Assembly (NCBI RefSeq): GCF_964355755.1
Contig: NC_092677.1
Coordinates: forward strand, 1,572,101 to 1,636,100
DNA: 64,000 nucleotides
Origin: Antedon mediterranea
Taxonomy: Eukaryota > Animalia > Echinodermata
Direction of reading: 5' to 3'
The notes beneath the pieces are model-generated. The model was not told where the DNA came from and made no database searches. It was given only the letters and a program-made list of their open reading frames with translations. Position 1 is the first letter of the stretch, and every line of letters starts with the position of its first letter. The translations under genes and the position numbers were made by a program. Positions 37,510-52,047 of this stretch are shown here, in pieces.

Positions 37510-37780
37510 TATATCCAGATACTTGAAACTGATAAGTCAATCCGATAGATTTGTTAACAGGTTGAAATCCAATAATATATCCAGAGACAAACTGATAGTC
37601 AATCCGATAGATTTGTCAACAGGTTGAAATCCAAATAATATATCCAGAGACAAACTGATAGTCAATCCGATAGATTTGTCAACAGGTTGAAATCCAAATA
37701 ATATATCCAGAGAAAAACTGATAGTCAATCCGATAGATTTGTCAACAGGTTGAAATCCAAATAATATATCCATAAACTGA
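37510..37780. repeat. 63-bp tandem repeat (~4 copies)
   Basis: TATCCAGAGACAAACTGATAGTCAATCCGATAGATTTGTCAACAGGTTGAAATCCAAATAATA; lies in a block (37490-38140) paralogous to 34735-35165. Confidence 0.85.
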
Positions 37781-40700
37781 TCCAAACAATACATCAATGG
37801 ACAATCTTGTACAACACGCCTCAAACCAACAACAAAACTCATCATTGTCGATAAACCCAAATCTATAGCCACACATAAACATGGTTAATAAATCCAAGAA
37901 AATTGTAGACCTGTAGAATCTTGATCTTTGGTGTGTTAATTCACATAGTACTAGTCTTAAAAACTGAACAAGACGAAACAAACTACCGTAATGGTCTTTT
38001 TTTACTAATAATAAGAACAAAGTAAACCAAGCTCCTGTGGTGGACACCTGCTTATGCAAAGTAGCGTAGTTAGAATTCTATGAAGTATGTGGCGTGTTCT
38101 GTAGATATTTTCTCAATATGATTGATTACACTCTTACACTAAAATGTTTTAATAAATAATATATTTTGCACAAGGTTATTTATATGTTGGTGTTTTTTTT
38201 TATAAATATGGTTCTCAAAAAGTTTAAGATTGAAATTATAAGGGTTAGTATATATGTAGGCCTATTTAATTAAGTTAGTGGTATGATTGCACACGTGAGC
38301 ATTCGTTTTAGGTGACAGTACACTTAAACTATATCCAACTATTACCAAACAGTACTGTAGTACATTTTTGTTGTACTTTTTATTGTTAAAATGATGTAAT
38401 CCATCTCCTTCTTCTTTTGTTTATTGCTCAAGATAGATACTGATAACATAAAATTATCACAAAATCTAAATCTAATCCACTGATACTGATTTTAGAGCTA
38501 TATTAATTTACTTATCTCTCATATTTTCTTGTAATTTCGTTTGGACGGATAACGCGTATATGGATGTAATTTCGTTATGATTTTCTTGAAGGAATATTTT
38601 TGTCAAGGAAACAATCCATGCGATAAACTTTGTATTTTTACATACAGTAATATATGATTTCATATTGTTTTACTTTTACAACCCATATGACTAGGTAGTA
38701 TGTCGGATGGCGCCTCGTTTCACAAAATTAACGTATCTACAATTGATAAATCTAGGCCTACACTTAAAAACATTTTCAGAAGTTTGTATAAGGTCCTAAT
38801 ACAGTATTATATAAATTCGATAGGCCTATTTGGAATTAGTTATAACGTATTCGAGCATTGACTTTATGTTGCGTTAAAAGAAGTATTGTTACGGTAACCT
38901 GATAAATGTAACTTGAGAAGATGTGAGCGCGTTTCAACAAAATGTATTGTTGATTTACTTTATAAAAGAAACACCACTACAATATTGATAAAGTGACGTC
39001 AATGTGAACGTATTGAAGATGACGGTCTTTATAATGTCGATGATAAACCTATGTCAACTCAATACTGGATAATAATAATGGAAAAGACATTGTATAGCAA
39101 TGTAGGCTTATTGTATATGTTTTGTGAATGGATTGACCAATTTTAATAGAATATACAATTAGAGATACATATTTTGAAGTACAGTAAACATAACTACACA
39201 ATTTTGGTTATCAATTTATTTTGTGGAATTAAAAACATTTTTATAATGGTCTGCCAAAAGAGGGGTTCTATGCCCTAGAATGGTGGCACTATACAGTTCC
39301 TGGGTGTTCTTACATTGATACAAGTCAGGGATTGTTCCGACTAGGTACATTTATAAATAAACCTAATAAAAACTATTTTATTTGTTATATAACGTTTTGG
39401 TTTCGTTTGGTTGATATAAAGTGTCTTTTGTAAATGTGTCAAAGAAAACAATCCGCATGATATACTGTGAAAACAACAACAAAAACGGTTATTTTTACAT
39501 ATCATTGATTTTACCAAAAAGTGGTATTAGGGGACCAACTTAAAATATAACAGTACAGTTGGTGTTTATTTTTTTAATTTTTATTATACAAATTTAATAA
39601 TTCATGGATATTGTAGAAAGCGTCAAAGCTACCATACTTTGAGAGCATAATCTTGCCTTGTCTTTAAATATACAAGAAAGATAGATTTTAGAAAAAATTA
39701 GAAATGCCTTTTCACAATTACAACTCCCTTGTACATGTTTGTGTACAGGGTTTAGTGGTGAGTATTCAGATTACTTCCTTATACTATTTCGTTGTAAAGA
39801 CTAAATGGAGTCCCAAAAACGGCACCCAAAACAGAGATGATAGCAAGGCAATCTAAGCTGTTAGATTGCCTTGAGCATTGTAATAATAATAATAATAATA
39901 GATAGATAGATAGATAGATATAGCGCAAATAAACGATGTATCTATGCGCTCGACAATAAAGAGAAAAAGTGGAAAACAAAGGAAGAGAACAAAAACACTA
40001 AGCTAGCACCCAAACCGGAGTATGGTGATACACCATCACCGATAACTGGGGATCAGTGTGTAAGTACCCCAGTTAGCATCGGTTAAGTCTTGATCTTTTC
40101 GGGGATCCGGTGCCTTCTAGCCTAAAACAACAATAATAGGTAAGAAGGGAACAAAAGCAAACATAAGTGTAGCTTGGTTTATAATCGATGTGTACAGTAG
40201 ATGTATTTTGTCTTACAAATCATATCAGGATTGAACTTGTGACTTGTCTGCGCAGTTGAGCGCGTTCTAACAAACACATTGTTGACTATATGGATCTACT
40301 TTAACAATAAGACTAACTAGTTACTATATTGAAATGGATGTGTGTAGGAAATTGACGTATAACAACTAGGCCTCCAGTTAGGAAATGTTTCCAGAAAATA
40401 AAGATATCTGTTTGGTTAGCATCCTCCTTCAAGGTAAGTACAGAGTGACCAATTGCACTATCTTACGACTGTTTGATAACACCCATGGTTAGTTATAGCC
40501 ACTCGATGCTAGATTAATAATGGGCAGGACTACTAACTAGGGTTAGATTTTTTATGGAAGGTCCATATTCGACGATTTCTCTATTTTTTTCAAATTTTTT
40601 AAATAGCTGCCAGAGCATATTCGGTGACACGAATTATTGTAATAATGTTTAATTATAACTTTCTTCTTCTCGTTTCAATATGGTCATGTCAGACTTTCGC

Positions 40701-42980
40701 TATGAAATTTATATTTTAGAATTGTCTTTTTTGTTCTCCTAAGTTTCCTGCATATTATACAATTTTTCTTCTCTGTAGAAAATGAACGGTTTTGTATAGA
40801 GGATATATTTTCTAATAATAATTATACTGATATGTGTATTTTTTATATTTAGTTTTATTCTGCATTTGTTATGGAGTGTCTGTAAATATCAACAACTTAG
40901 ATGATGTACACGAAGGCTCTGACACAAGAATGACATGTACATATACAAGAGACAGTAGTACTAGTTCAAGTGACCCTATTGTGACATGAAATAAAATCAT
41001 AGACGGGGTAGCAGATAAAATATCAGCAACTCATAGTGGATCTACAATCATAGAATCTTCGTACCAAGATAGATTTGGCGTTGATAGAGATGATGATAGA
41101 ATTCTTGTGATTACTAACACTTTGCGAATTGACAGTGGCACATATCAATGTGAAGTTGTTATATTTGATGACCCACCTGTTGATGATGGTACTGTGACAT
41201 TGAATGTGATATGTACGTTAAATTCAAATATTTGTATATAAATAGAGACGGTATAAAGCTTGATTCTTCTTCTGTTATTACTTCACATTACAGTCATTAG
41301 TATAGTTTTTAATTGTTTATAATACAGTTTTAAAATATTTCAATTTTATAGTACTGTATTTATTTTTAGAATGGAAAAACATTGTTTAGGCCTATATTCG
41401 CTAGATTGGTACCCAATATATTTCCTGTATTATTTCAGTGCAGAATGACTGTATCAATCACGCTTGTTCTAATGGAGGTGTTTGTACCCAGTCTTCTAGT
41501 TCTATGGGATACACGTGTTCCTGTCCAGAGTGTTTCTTTGGACAATTGTGTGAAACTCGTGAGTTTTTTTATGTTCTATTATTGGAAAGTACTGTACAAG
41601 CCAAATTATTCCTTTAAATTTTTTTAATTAAATAATTAAGAAAGTATAGAAAATCTAGAAATGATCTTGGCGGGGTAGGTTATCCTCACAAGCGAGGTTT
41701 ACACGTTGTACGTTAGAATATTCGCCCATAAATTGATAATGCTATCCTGAAATAAATATTATCTTTTTGTTTTGCATAATTTCTATTTTTGTGCCATATG
41801 ATCCATATCCAGTACATATTTTATAACTACATACAGTGTAGCATAGAGGAAATTACCGGACCTACCTACATAGATGAAATTACTAGTTTTGTCTGCAAAA
41901 GTTGGTCCGGGAGACCATTTAATGGCTTCAAAATCGGCCCGGCCGAACACATTTTTGCCGCAAAAAGCTGGTCCGGCCTGGATAAAATCGGTCCAGGCAG
42001 TAGGACATTTTTGGCTACCAAAAGTGGTACCGTCTTAAAAATATATGGTGCTATAATGTAAAAAATATTCAAAAAAGCCCATAGGCCAGAGATGTCAGGG
42101 TAATGTATACCAGGAGGAATTTTATAAAAAATGATATTAGTAAAAATGTTATTACATATTAATTGTCTAATAGATGCAGATCCGTTTCAATTCCGTTCAA
42201 CTTAATGTTGATGCTTTTAACCTCATCTTCCAGTGAGGAATAGTTAGTGTTAAACTGCTTCACTTCAGTGTTGATTGTGACACAGTCATTTTGAAATGTG
42301 GCTGTTACCATGGTTACGGATGTCGTAAAAATGTGTTACCTAACATTTTGGTAACAACAGCAGCAACAGCAACAACAACAATAACAACAACAATAACAAT
42401 AAAAATAATATTAATAATAAGTGGAAACAAAACTGCATTAGCGCCTAAATGAGTTACTCCCTGTTAAAATTGAACTCCAACAACCTTTGCCAGAATCAAG
42501 CTCGGCTTGTGACCATTCTCTTGTGGTTCTTGATCTTGTAAAATATTACAGCCTGTCCATCATGCTATACTGGACAATAAATGTCTTTGTACTGTGATTT
42601 GAAGGTGTTATTGTAAGATTTCAATGTCTTTTATGAATGTTTTTAATCTATTACTAAAAAAATCAGGACCATTTATCCTCTCCAAATAATGTTATAAATA
42701 AATTAAATATGTTTTAAATAAATTAAATATATGCATGGTAAGATCTAATGTGTGTCTGCTTGTCTTTTTTCCATATCCCAGTTCAAATTACAGTAAAAAC
42801 AAGTAACTTGAACATTCATTTATTATTATCAGTGTTAAATGCTTGCACCAACAATGCTTGTCAGAATGGAGGTGGTTGTGTCCAGGTTTCTGGTTCCTGT
42901 ACAGCATACACATGTTCTTGTCCATCATGTTATACTGGACAATTCTGTGAGACTTGTAAGTTCTATGTTTTTCTGTTTGT

Positions 42981-43781
42981 TTTTAGTCGCGTGGAAGCGA
43001 CTCTATAGTTCACTATGTCGGTCGGTTGGTCGGTCTGTCTGTCTGTCGGTCTGTCTGTCGGTCTGTCTGTCTGTCTGTCTGTTGGTCCGGTATCACTATG
43101 CGTTTTATCGCTTTATGACCTTATCTTGATATCAGTTTAATCTAGCTAAGTCAATTGTTCACAGAATATTCCTTATGGCCAGGAATCGATGTGGTTATGT
43201 TTTCACGGTGCGCAATAAAAAATTACGCGGTCTGCGCACAATTTAACGAAATCACGTTTCTAATCATATCTTCACAACCATGAATCACAATTAAATAAAA
43301 TTTGGTACTCATAAATTTCAGGGCATAAATCATCATATGGCAATACAATTACGTGCGTAGCGTATGTAACGCATGCGTACGCGCGCTTAAAATTTTCAAA
43401 ATTTATTTTCGATGAAATAAGAGTACGTTTCAGGCAATTTTAAGCGTTTACAAAATTTCCATGAGTGCGCATATTTTTGCGTGCGCACTGCGCGTTAAAT
43501 GTTATTGCGAACTCTTTTTGCCCGATTTCTGTTTTCTTGACTTACTTTTCAACTCGAAATTACGTTATACGAGCACGTCAAAAGTGACAGGCTACGCACG
43601 TGTAAATTAAAAAAATATAAATGTTTTTAAACATTTCAACATTTTTAAACATGTTCAGTAATTTCGGTCAGTATAGTTCACTATGTCGGTCGGTCGGTCT
43701 GTCTGTCGGTCTGTCGGTCTGTCTGTCGGTCCGGTATCACTATGCATTGTAGCACGCGACTTAATGGCTGTTGGCCTTGTT
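42981..43781 (+). mobile_element. DINE-1/HINE-like (Helentron-associated) element
   Basis: TTTTAGTCGCGTG...(GTCG/GTCT)n microsatellite...CACGCGACT subterminal inverted repeat, 3' GGCTGTTGGCC hairpin, TT target. Confidence 0.75.
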
Positions 43782-44919
43782 ATTTACAGTTGAAATACAA
43801 ATTTAATTCATGTATTTTACAGTAAAAAGCATGTTTGTTACTCAAATACATTTATTTATTATTATTATTATCAGTATTGAATGCTTGTGATAACAGTGCT
43901 TGTCAGAATGGAGCTGCTTGTGTCCAGGTTTCTGGTTCCTGTACAGCATACACCTGTACCTGTCCAACATGTTATACTGGAACATTCTGTGAAACTGGTA
44001 AGTTCTATGTTTTTTCTGCTTGTCTTTATCAGAAATGCATTTTACGGTCTATAGTTTTCTGAAACTGTAATTTTTTCTTTTGTATAATATTCACTATCAG
44101 AGCGTCTGATGCTTCGACGCAAGTTCTATGTTTGTCTGCTTGTCAGCCCGTGCCGACTGAATCTGCCCTATAATATTCCAGTATAAATGTAACTAGAATG
44201 CATTCATTTTTTATTATCAGGAAATGCTTGCACTGGCAACATTTGTCAGAATGGAGCTACTAGTTGTGTCCAGGTTTCTGGTTCCTGTACAGCATACACC
44301 TGTACCTGTCCAACATGTTTTACTGGAACATTCTGTGAGACTTGTAAGTTCTATGTTTTTCTGTTTGCTTTATTTACAGTTCAAATAAAAATTTAATTCA
44401 TGTATTTTACAGTAAAAAGCATGTTTGTTACTCAAATACATTTATTAATTATTATTATTATCAGTATTGAATGCATGCTCCAACAATGCTGGTCAGAATG
44501 GAGGTGGTTGTGTCCAGGTTTCTGGTTCCTGTACAGCATACACCTGTACCTGTCCATCATGTTTTACTGGATCATTCTGTGAAACTTGTAAGTTATGTTT
44601 GTCTGCTTGCTTTTATCACAGTTGAAATACAAATTTAATCATGTACATTGCAGTATAAAATCATTTTTTTAACTCGACTAAATGTATTTATTATCATCAG
44701 CGTCAAATGGTTGCTCCTACTACATTTGTCTGAATGGAGGTACATGTAACACTGTTGCTGGTTCCTGTACAGCATACACATGTACCTGTCCATCATGTTT
44801 TACTGGAACATTCTGTGAAACTGGTAAGTTCTATGTTTTTTCTGCTTTTCTTTATCAGAATTCAAATATGTATTTTACAGTCTATAGTTTTCTGACACTG
44901 TAATTTTCTCTTTTGTATA

Positions 44920-45961
44920 TATATATTGCAGATCTTTCTACCTTCATCTCATCCCACGTGCCACAATATGCTGACGACACTGTTCTCTATAGAGTAATCA
45001 AATCCCCAGTTGATTGTGACTTTTTACAGGCTGACCTCAACTCTATCAATAAATGGGGTAAAACAAATCGTATGTCTCTCAATTCTGGTAAATGTAAAGT
45101 CATTGAAATAACCCGCTCAAAAAACCACAACTCTTTCCAATAGTTCATCCTTAATAATCAAATCGAAACAGTGTCTCACTATAAGTACCTTGGAGTTACT
45201 TTAACGTCGGATTTAACATGGAACCAGCATATATCCCAATCTGTTATTAAATGTAACCGACTTGTGGGTTTTATTAAACGTTTTGTTAAGACCAATGACC
45301 ACCTTGTTCTTTTAAAACTTTTCACAACTATAGTAAGGCCAATCGTTGAATATGCAGCTCCCGTGTGGTTACCACATCAACAATGCAACATCAACCAAAT
45401 CGAATCTATCCAAAGACGTTTCACTAGATCATGTTTTCCAGGCTATTTCCAAACTATATATTCCCTACGTCCATCTTACGAAGCCCGACTTACCTTCCTC
45501 AAACTACCCCGGTTGACCATAGACTTAAATTTCTTCATGTTAAATTTGTTATTAAGTGTCTCTACGTAGATTTTCTGGTTGATGGTGCATTGTTGCCCAC
45601 ACCAGTTTCTCGTAAAAATTATAAACAAGTTTTTAGGCATAAGGGTTCTCGTACCAATACATTTTACCACTCTGTTTTTATTTCCTTTCCAAGGTTGTTG
45701 GATACCCTCCCTATTGAAGTGACTAATTTGTGCCTTTTTGGTTCCTCTAAGTTTTTCCCTGCCTTTTTTAATGTAGTTTGCTGTTAACTTGTTTTTGTCT
45801 GCACCAGAGGGAGAGTCGTCGCATAGTGACTTGTCACTTTTCTACAATCCGCCAGACTGGTGTTAGTTTTCTTGTCTGTATTTTGTATTGCTTTATATGT
45901 TTTATATATATATTATCTGAATCTGAATCTGAAAAAAATAAATGAATTGAATTGAATTGAA
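44920..45961 (+). mobile_element. 5'-truncated LINE (CR1/L2-like reverse transcriptase fragment)
   Basis: RT motifs QYADDT, LQADL, YKYLGV, VRPIVEYAAPVW, IESIQRRFTR; (AATTG)n tail; TSD TTGTATA (44913-44919 / 45962-45968). Confidence 0.9.
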
Positions 45962-48900
45962 TTGTATAATATTCACTATCAGCGTCTGATGCTTCGACGC
46001 AAGTTCAATATTTGTCTGCTTGTCAGCCCGTGCCGAATCTGCCGTATAATTTTCCAGTATAAATGTAACTAGAATGCATTCATTTTTTATTATCAGGAAA
46101 TGCTTGCACTGGCAACATTTGTCAGAATGGAGCTAGTTGTGTCCAGGTTTCTGGTTCCTGTACAGCATACATCTGTACCTGTCCATCATGTTTTACTGGA
46201 ATATTCTGTGAAACTTGTAAGTTCTATGTTTGTCTGTTTGCTTTTATCAGAGTTCAAATACAAATTTAATTCATGTACATTGCAGTATAAAATCATTTTT
46301 TTAACTCCAATAAATGTATTTATTATCATCAGCGTCAAATGCTTGCTCCAACAATTTTTGTCAGAATGGAGCTGTATGTGTCCAGTTTTCTGGTTCCTGT
46401 ACAGCATACACATGTACCTGTTCATCATGTTTTACTGGAATATTCTGAGAAACTGGTAAGTTCTATGATTTTTCTGCTTGTCTTTATCAGAATTCAAATA
46501 TGTATTTTACAGTCTATAGTTTTCTGAAAACTGTAATGCTCTCTTTTGTATAATATTCACTATCAGCGTCTGATGCTTGGGACGCAAGTTCTATGTTTGT
46601 CTGCTTGTCAGCCCGTGCCGACTGAATCTGCCCTATAATTTTCCAGTATAAATGTAACTAGAATGCATTCATTTTTATTATCATGGATAAATGCTTGCTC
46701 TGGCAACCTTTGTCAGAATGGAGCTGAATGTGTCACGGTTGTTGGTTCTTGTACAGCATACACGTGTACCTGTCCATCAAGCTTTACTGGATTTTTCTGT
46801 GAAACTTGTAAGTTCTATGTTTGTCTGCTTGTCTTTAGGATGTGGGGCTCAGGGCATAAAAGTAGTGAAATGAAGTAATAATAATAATTTGATGTCCTTT
46901 CTTTTCGTTACAATCTGTGAAATTTAGAAGGAGCCCGGGTCGGCTGAATCCGCCCTATAATTATCCAGTATAAAAGCATTTTGTAATTGTTAAATGCATA
47001 TGTAGGCCTACAGTATGTTGAATTAATTGTGCTCATTGCTAGTTAGGCATACTGATCATCAAAATTATAAGTCAGATCTACTAGAGTAAATAATTAATTT
47101 AATATTTGTAATATTCTATTATATTCAGTACATGTACTGGTGTGTGGTTGAAGGTTCTGAAACGACAATGATATGTAACTACAGTCCTACAACTGGTAGC
47201 ACCATTATCATAACATGAATACGCATAATTTTGTTGAACAATAATCTTTTTGTTTTTTTTTATATTTTATGTAGCATTGACAACAACTTCTCCAACCAGT
47301 AAGTCGACTACACATACGTTCTATTTTTATTTTATTTTCCTCTAGTAAATATTATACAAATAATGAATTAATGTTTATGAGTGTAATGGTACAAATAATA
47401 GCATGATGTGAATGATGAAAGGTTATATATCAACGAGGCGACAGCCTCAAACATTCATTATTTGTTTTATATAACATCTAAATAGATTCCTGTCATTTGA
47501 ATCAAATAAAAATTGATTCACATTGATTAAAACAGTAACATTTGGTTTTTAATAATTATATTAAATATTAATATTTATATGGATTTTATAAACCTACTGT
47601 TAGTGTACTGTTAATTATGTCAACAAACGACCAAACAAGCCTAGGCCACAAGCCTAATACTAACAGTACTAGGCCTAGGCTGAAATATACGAAACGACAG
47701 GCAACTAGAACTCATCTAGGCTAAAAACACCACAGGCATAGAACAAATTATTATGAATGTGAACTGATGCAGTAAACAAATCATAATGGCACACTGGCAA
47801 GAACTGAAAGGTTTATCATGAATACGCATAATTTTGTTGAACAATAATCTTTTTTTTATCTTTTTTATATTTTATCTAGCATTGGCAACGACTTCTTCAA
47901 CCAGTAAGTCGACATTGCCCTTTTATTTTCCTCTAGTAAATATAATGCAATATGTTGTAGAGTGCTTTTATTGTTTTTCTCAATAGTATGAGCGTATATG
48001 TAGTTTAATAAATGGTCGTACAGATAATAACTAAATGAATTCACATTAGCATTAAATGTATGCAGCTTGAATTGTTTGAATGGAGGAAAGTGTACTAACA
48101 ATGACGATGGTGATGAAATGTGCCAATGTCAGAACGGATTCTCGGGAGAAACGTGCCGAACAGGTAGGCCCTATGCAAATATGATTAATGTAGCGAAGAA
48201 ATCTGTGTGTTGTATGTTGGATAGGGTATTATAGAAACTATTGTTGAGTTTGTAGACACGAGTAGATAATGTTTAGTTTACACGGTTCCACAGATTTTGC
48301 TAAGTTTTACAGATCACCCGAATTTGTAATGCGTTATTTTCTAATTTTACAGTAATTGTACATTGCAAGTGCTACGAAGGGTTAACGAAAAAGTAAACGA
48401 AAACTTAGAAGACACTATATCGAATTTCATCAGTGAGAAACAAAACACATAAAAATAGAGAGGTTGTAACCTTACAATTATAAAAAGCTTATGTATTGTT
48501 GGCGTTGGTTCATAAATATGCATATTAATTTACATATTAACTGGTTTAATTTCAATTATTAAATTGTGACCCCCATATAAAATTGTCAATGGCCAACCAT
48601 ATAGTTTAGGGAGTAGCAACATAGTAGTAAAATAGTATAATGTAACAACAATTGATAATAATAAGCAACAATGTAGTTTAGCAAGATTTACCAATCGATT
48701 GGTGTTTGGGTATTTTATTTTATTTCAGCTATCAGCAAGTAAGTTTGCCTAAAGGTAACCATTACAAGTTTGAAAATTACAAACACGATGAAGAAAGCTA
48801 TGTATAGTATAAAGTGTAACTCAGATTGTTAATAGAGAAGACTTAATTGTGTATAAATGGTACTCACTTATAACAAACATTTCTCACGATAATTTGCCTA

Positions 48901-50692
48901 CTCATGGAAAGAACACCTTGATCATAATAGAAAATATTACATGAAATAGTGTTTATTGTATAATATAGTGAATCAACAGAGTTTTTCTGATTTTTATTTG
49001 TATAATAAATTATTATACCAATAAAAGATGAATGAACGACGTTGTAATGAACAAGAAACGCGCTAAGCACATATGAAATGTAATATTTGGGTTGAGGGAA
49101 AATTAATATTAATTTATCGTATTATTGGATAAAATTCTAAAGCCGCACCGTAGTCTGTGACAATAATCAAACATAAAAAAAACCGTTGTATCAAATATAA
49201 AATAGGTGTAAATAAAATCTGTGAACTTGTTATAATGTTGTACGTGCTCACTCTCATACTGATTCTGTATTCCAGCAATCGAGTATAGCAAGAAACAAAA
49301 ATGTGTTGCAGTGGCGTCGTCAAGGACTGGCGGCCGTTGGGTGCCAACAACCCCCACGTAAATCCAATGTCACTTCTATCATAATTTAGCCTAGACAGTC
49401 ATTTTATTAGACCTACTGAGCGAACATTCAGTCTGATTTCCTCCTCTACTTTTCTACAATATGCTTGCCTACAATCGTATCTGTTCTAATTCAGGAAGGA
49501 GAGGGGGTCCAGTCCTAGCTAAACATATTAAAAATCTATTTTCGGATTACTACTCAAATTAATTATTAATATTCCCAAGTAATTCGAATATTAAATCAAA
49601 GCCTAAAATCCAGAAAAAAAAAACACTTTGTTATTTCATTATTTAGCTAATTACCGCAAATTTCACTCCAAACACAGAAAACCAGTTGATCTGCTTTAAT
49701 ATAATAAAATCACCGGATATTTTTTTCCACCAATAATGTCAACAAATCTTGCTAGTAAACTTCCTAAAGGTACCGATTCGAAAGAATTTAAAGGACAACT
49801 TGACCGAGGACGATATTTTAACAACGTATTAAGAATGTACATATGATTTCAGAACAATCGCGAGATTACTAGAAATTTGAAAAAACTCATGACGTAAATT
49901 TTGCGATACACCTGTGACGTCACAGCAATTTACGGAGACGGCAGTACGGCGAGCGCGTGTGGCGATATCCATTATCTCACGATGGTTTAGAAATCATATG
50001 TACATCCCTAATACGTTTTTAAAATGTGGTCCTCGGTCAATTTAATTAATTGATTGTGTATATATTTCGACATAACGGCATTAACAATACCAGTATATTG
50101 AGGTTTAGATTTGCGACGACCGAAATACGTCATGTTAATTCATTCACTGTGCAAACACTTCCTGATTTTATCAGCATGCGATCAACAGTTATGTTTTGTG
50201 TGTTGTTTTGAAGTCGAGTCGATGAATATTAATAATGTTTATTCTATTAGTCTGTTGAGTAAACGCGACGACCCAGATAGACAAAATACTTTGGACTTCA
50301 CAGAGTGATTTGTTTTCTTGGGCTTATCTAACCACAGTAAATTTACAGCCACCTAACTCATGCAGTAAGGTAATTGATAGTTTCTATAATAAAGAACGAT
50401 TGTATAGGCTAGGTTTACCAAGGAAATAACTCTTCCCTGGTCTACCATTTTTGTAAATTATATTACAACATAATCGTATTTGTATGTTTCAAATTAATAT
50501 ACAGCGATGAAAGATCAAAGAATTATAAGACCTATTCATGTTGAGGCTTTATTATATCCGGGCGCATTATGCTGCATTCAGTTATTGAACGTTGGTGATA
50601 GGTAACTAACTTAAACCTGGATCTATAAAAACACATTATAATTAGTTTGGTTAGAAAACACACTTACGAATATTATGTTGGTTTTTATTGTT

Positions 50693-50839
50693 AAGCTCTG
50701 TTTACACTATCACACTTTATATGTCAAAAAAATGTGATATGCCCATATGAACATGATGATGTCATATCACTACCATATTTGTTGGGCATATCACCATCAT
50801 ATTTGTCAAACTAGTTTGATAGTGTTGTAGACAGAGCTT
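50693..50839. mobile_element. ~147-bp MITE (paralog of 17489-17635)
   Basis: Same TIRs AAGCTCTGTTTACACTATCA / TGATAGTGTTGTAGACAGAGCTT. Confidence 0.7.
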
Positions 50840-50994
50840 TAGATAACATGATAAAACCGTGTATGTCACAGGTACAAAGTAATTTGTGTTGTATGTTGCC
50901 GTTTAGGCGTGGGGAGTATAATACGTGTTCATTATTAATTTATTTTTTATTCCAATTTATAGGGTGTGTATTTTCAATATCCTGCTATAACAGT

Positions 50995-51246
50995 ATGTTT
51001 ACATATAATACATGTGTGTTTCATCCTTATTAACGGTACGTTTAATCATGAAGCTACAGTATGCAATTGTTCAATGGTTTATGTAGAATAAATTTTCGAA
51101 ATACAGGTATATTTCTTGATCGTAAAGTAAGAGCTTATTAAAATGTGCACAATAAATGAATTAAATAATTAAACATTGATTAATAATTTTCTCCTAGTTT
51201 TATTTAGCACATGTACTTGTGTAATATTGACAGTTTGGGAGATGTT
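50995..51246 (+). pseudogene. Aborted B1-like 5' end (frameshifted leader + first ~50 nt of V exon)
   Basis: 50995-51035 matches the B1 leader with +1 nt; 51198-51246 matches the B1 V exon start, then switches to sequence homologous to ~5752-6240. Confidence 0.7.
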
Positions 51247-52047
51247 TTAATTATTTTATTGGCCAACATTCGGTATGTTGTCATCGTCCACAACGACGCT
51301 GCAAGTTTGTTTTATGAATAATATAACCATAGACCTACAAATGTATAGGTCCATGAAACCATTAATTGTTTATTTATATTCTGATATAATGGCATTAGGA
51401 AATATTAATACATCCTGATTATCACTATGGCGAACAAAGCTTCCGTGTGTTGAATGTTAAAAGATGTTTATTATTCATTTAAAGGCGGTCGGTATACATG
51501 CTTATGTGTACAGTATTATTATGTTAAGCCAACCGATACGATTTAGATAGTTTTTACTTTTGAGCGATTTATTTTCTTAGTTCTTGATTTTATCCAGCGC
51601 TGGTTTTTATCCCAGTAATTAAACTTTTGCAGTAAGGTAATGGTTTTGTTTTCATGAAATATACCGATTTATTTATGTTTCTAGTGGCTTGTTTCTTATA
51701 TTTTATCATCCGTATTTTTATGTTTCAAATTGACATACTGCAATGGAGTAGAATATATAAAGACGAAGGTTGAGGCTTAGTTATTTACCCACCGAGTAAA
51801 GTTTGCTTCATTTAGTAATCGCTAACTTTAGTGAGTAGGTACAGTATCAGATCTGATGTGAAAACACACTAAAGGATGTTATTGTGGCTTTTATTGTTAG
51901 ACAACACTAATAATAATAAAATAATACTCATAATACCAATGTAACATTTATATTGTACCGTAATACGTGTTCATTATTCATTTCATTTTAATTCCAATTT
52001 CTAGGGGTGTGTACGTCCATTTTCTGTGCATGACAACTATAACAGTT

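Larger units (their letters stand above)
40385..48396 (+). pseudogene. Gene A3: disabled paralog of A1
   Basis: Leader 40385-40433; V 40853-41212 with Trp->TGA at 40987; EGF exons 41439-41558, 42833-42955, 43875-43997, 44221-44343, 44465-44587 (C2->G), 44701-44823, 46097-46216, 46333-46455 (C6->TGA 46446), 46685-46807 (acceptor AG->AT); micro-exons 47275-47298, 47880-47903; EGF 48050-48163; terminal 48353-48396. Confidence 0.85.

Noticed and set aside
46446-46448. Cys->TGA as selenocysteine
   Set aside because: The same gene copy has a Trp->TGA stop, a lost acceptor and a C2->G change; simple decay is more parsimonious and no SECIS was identified
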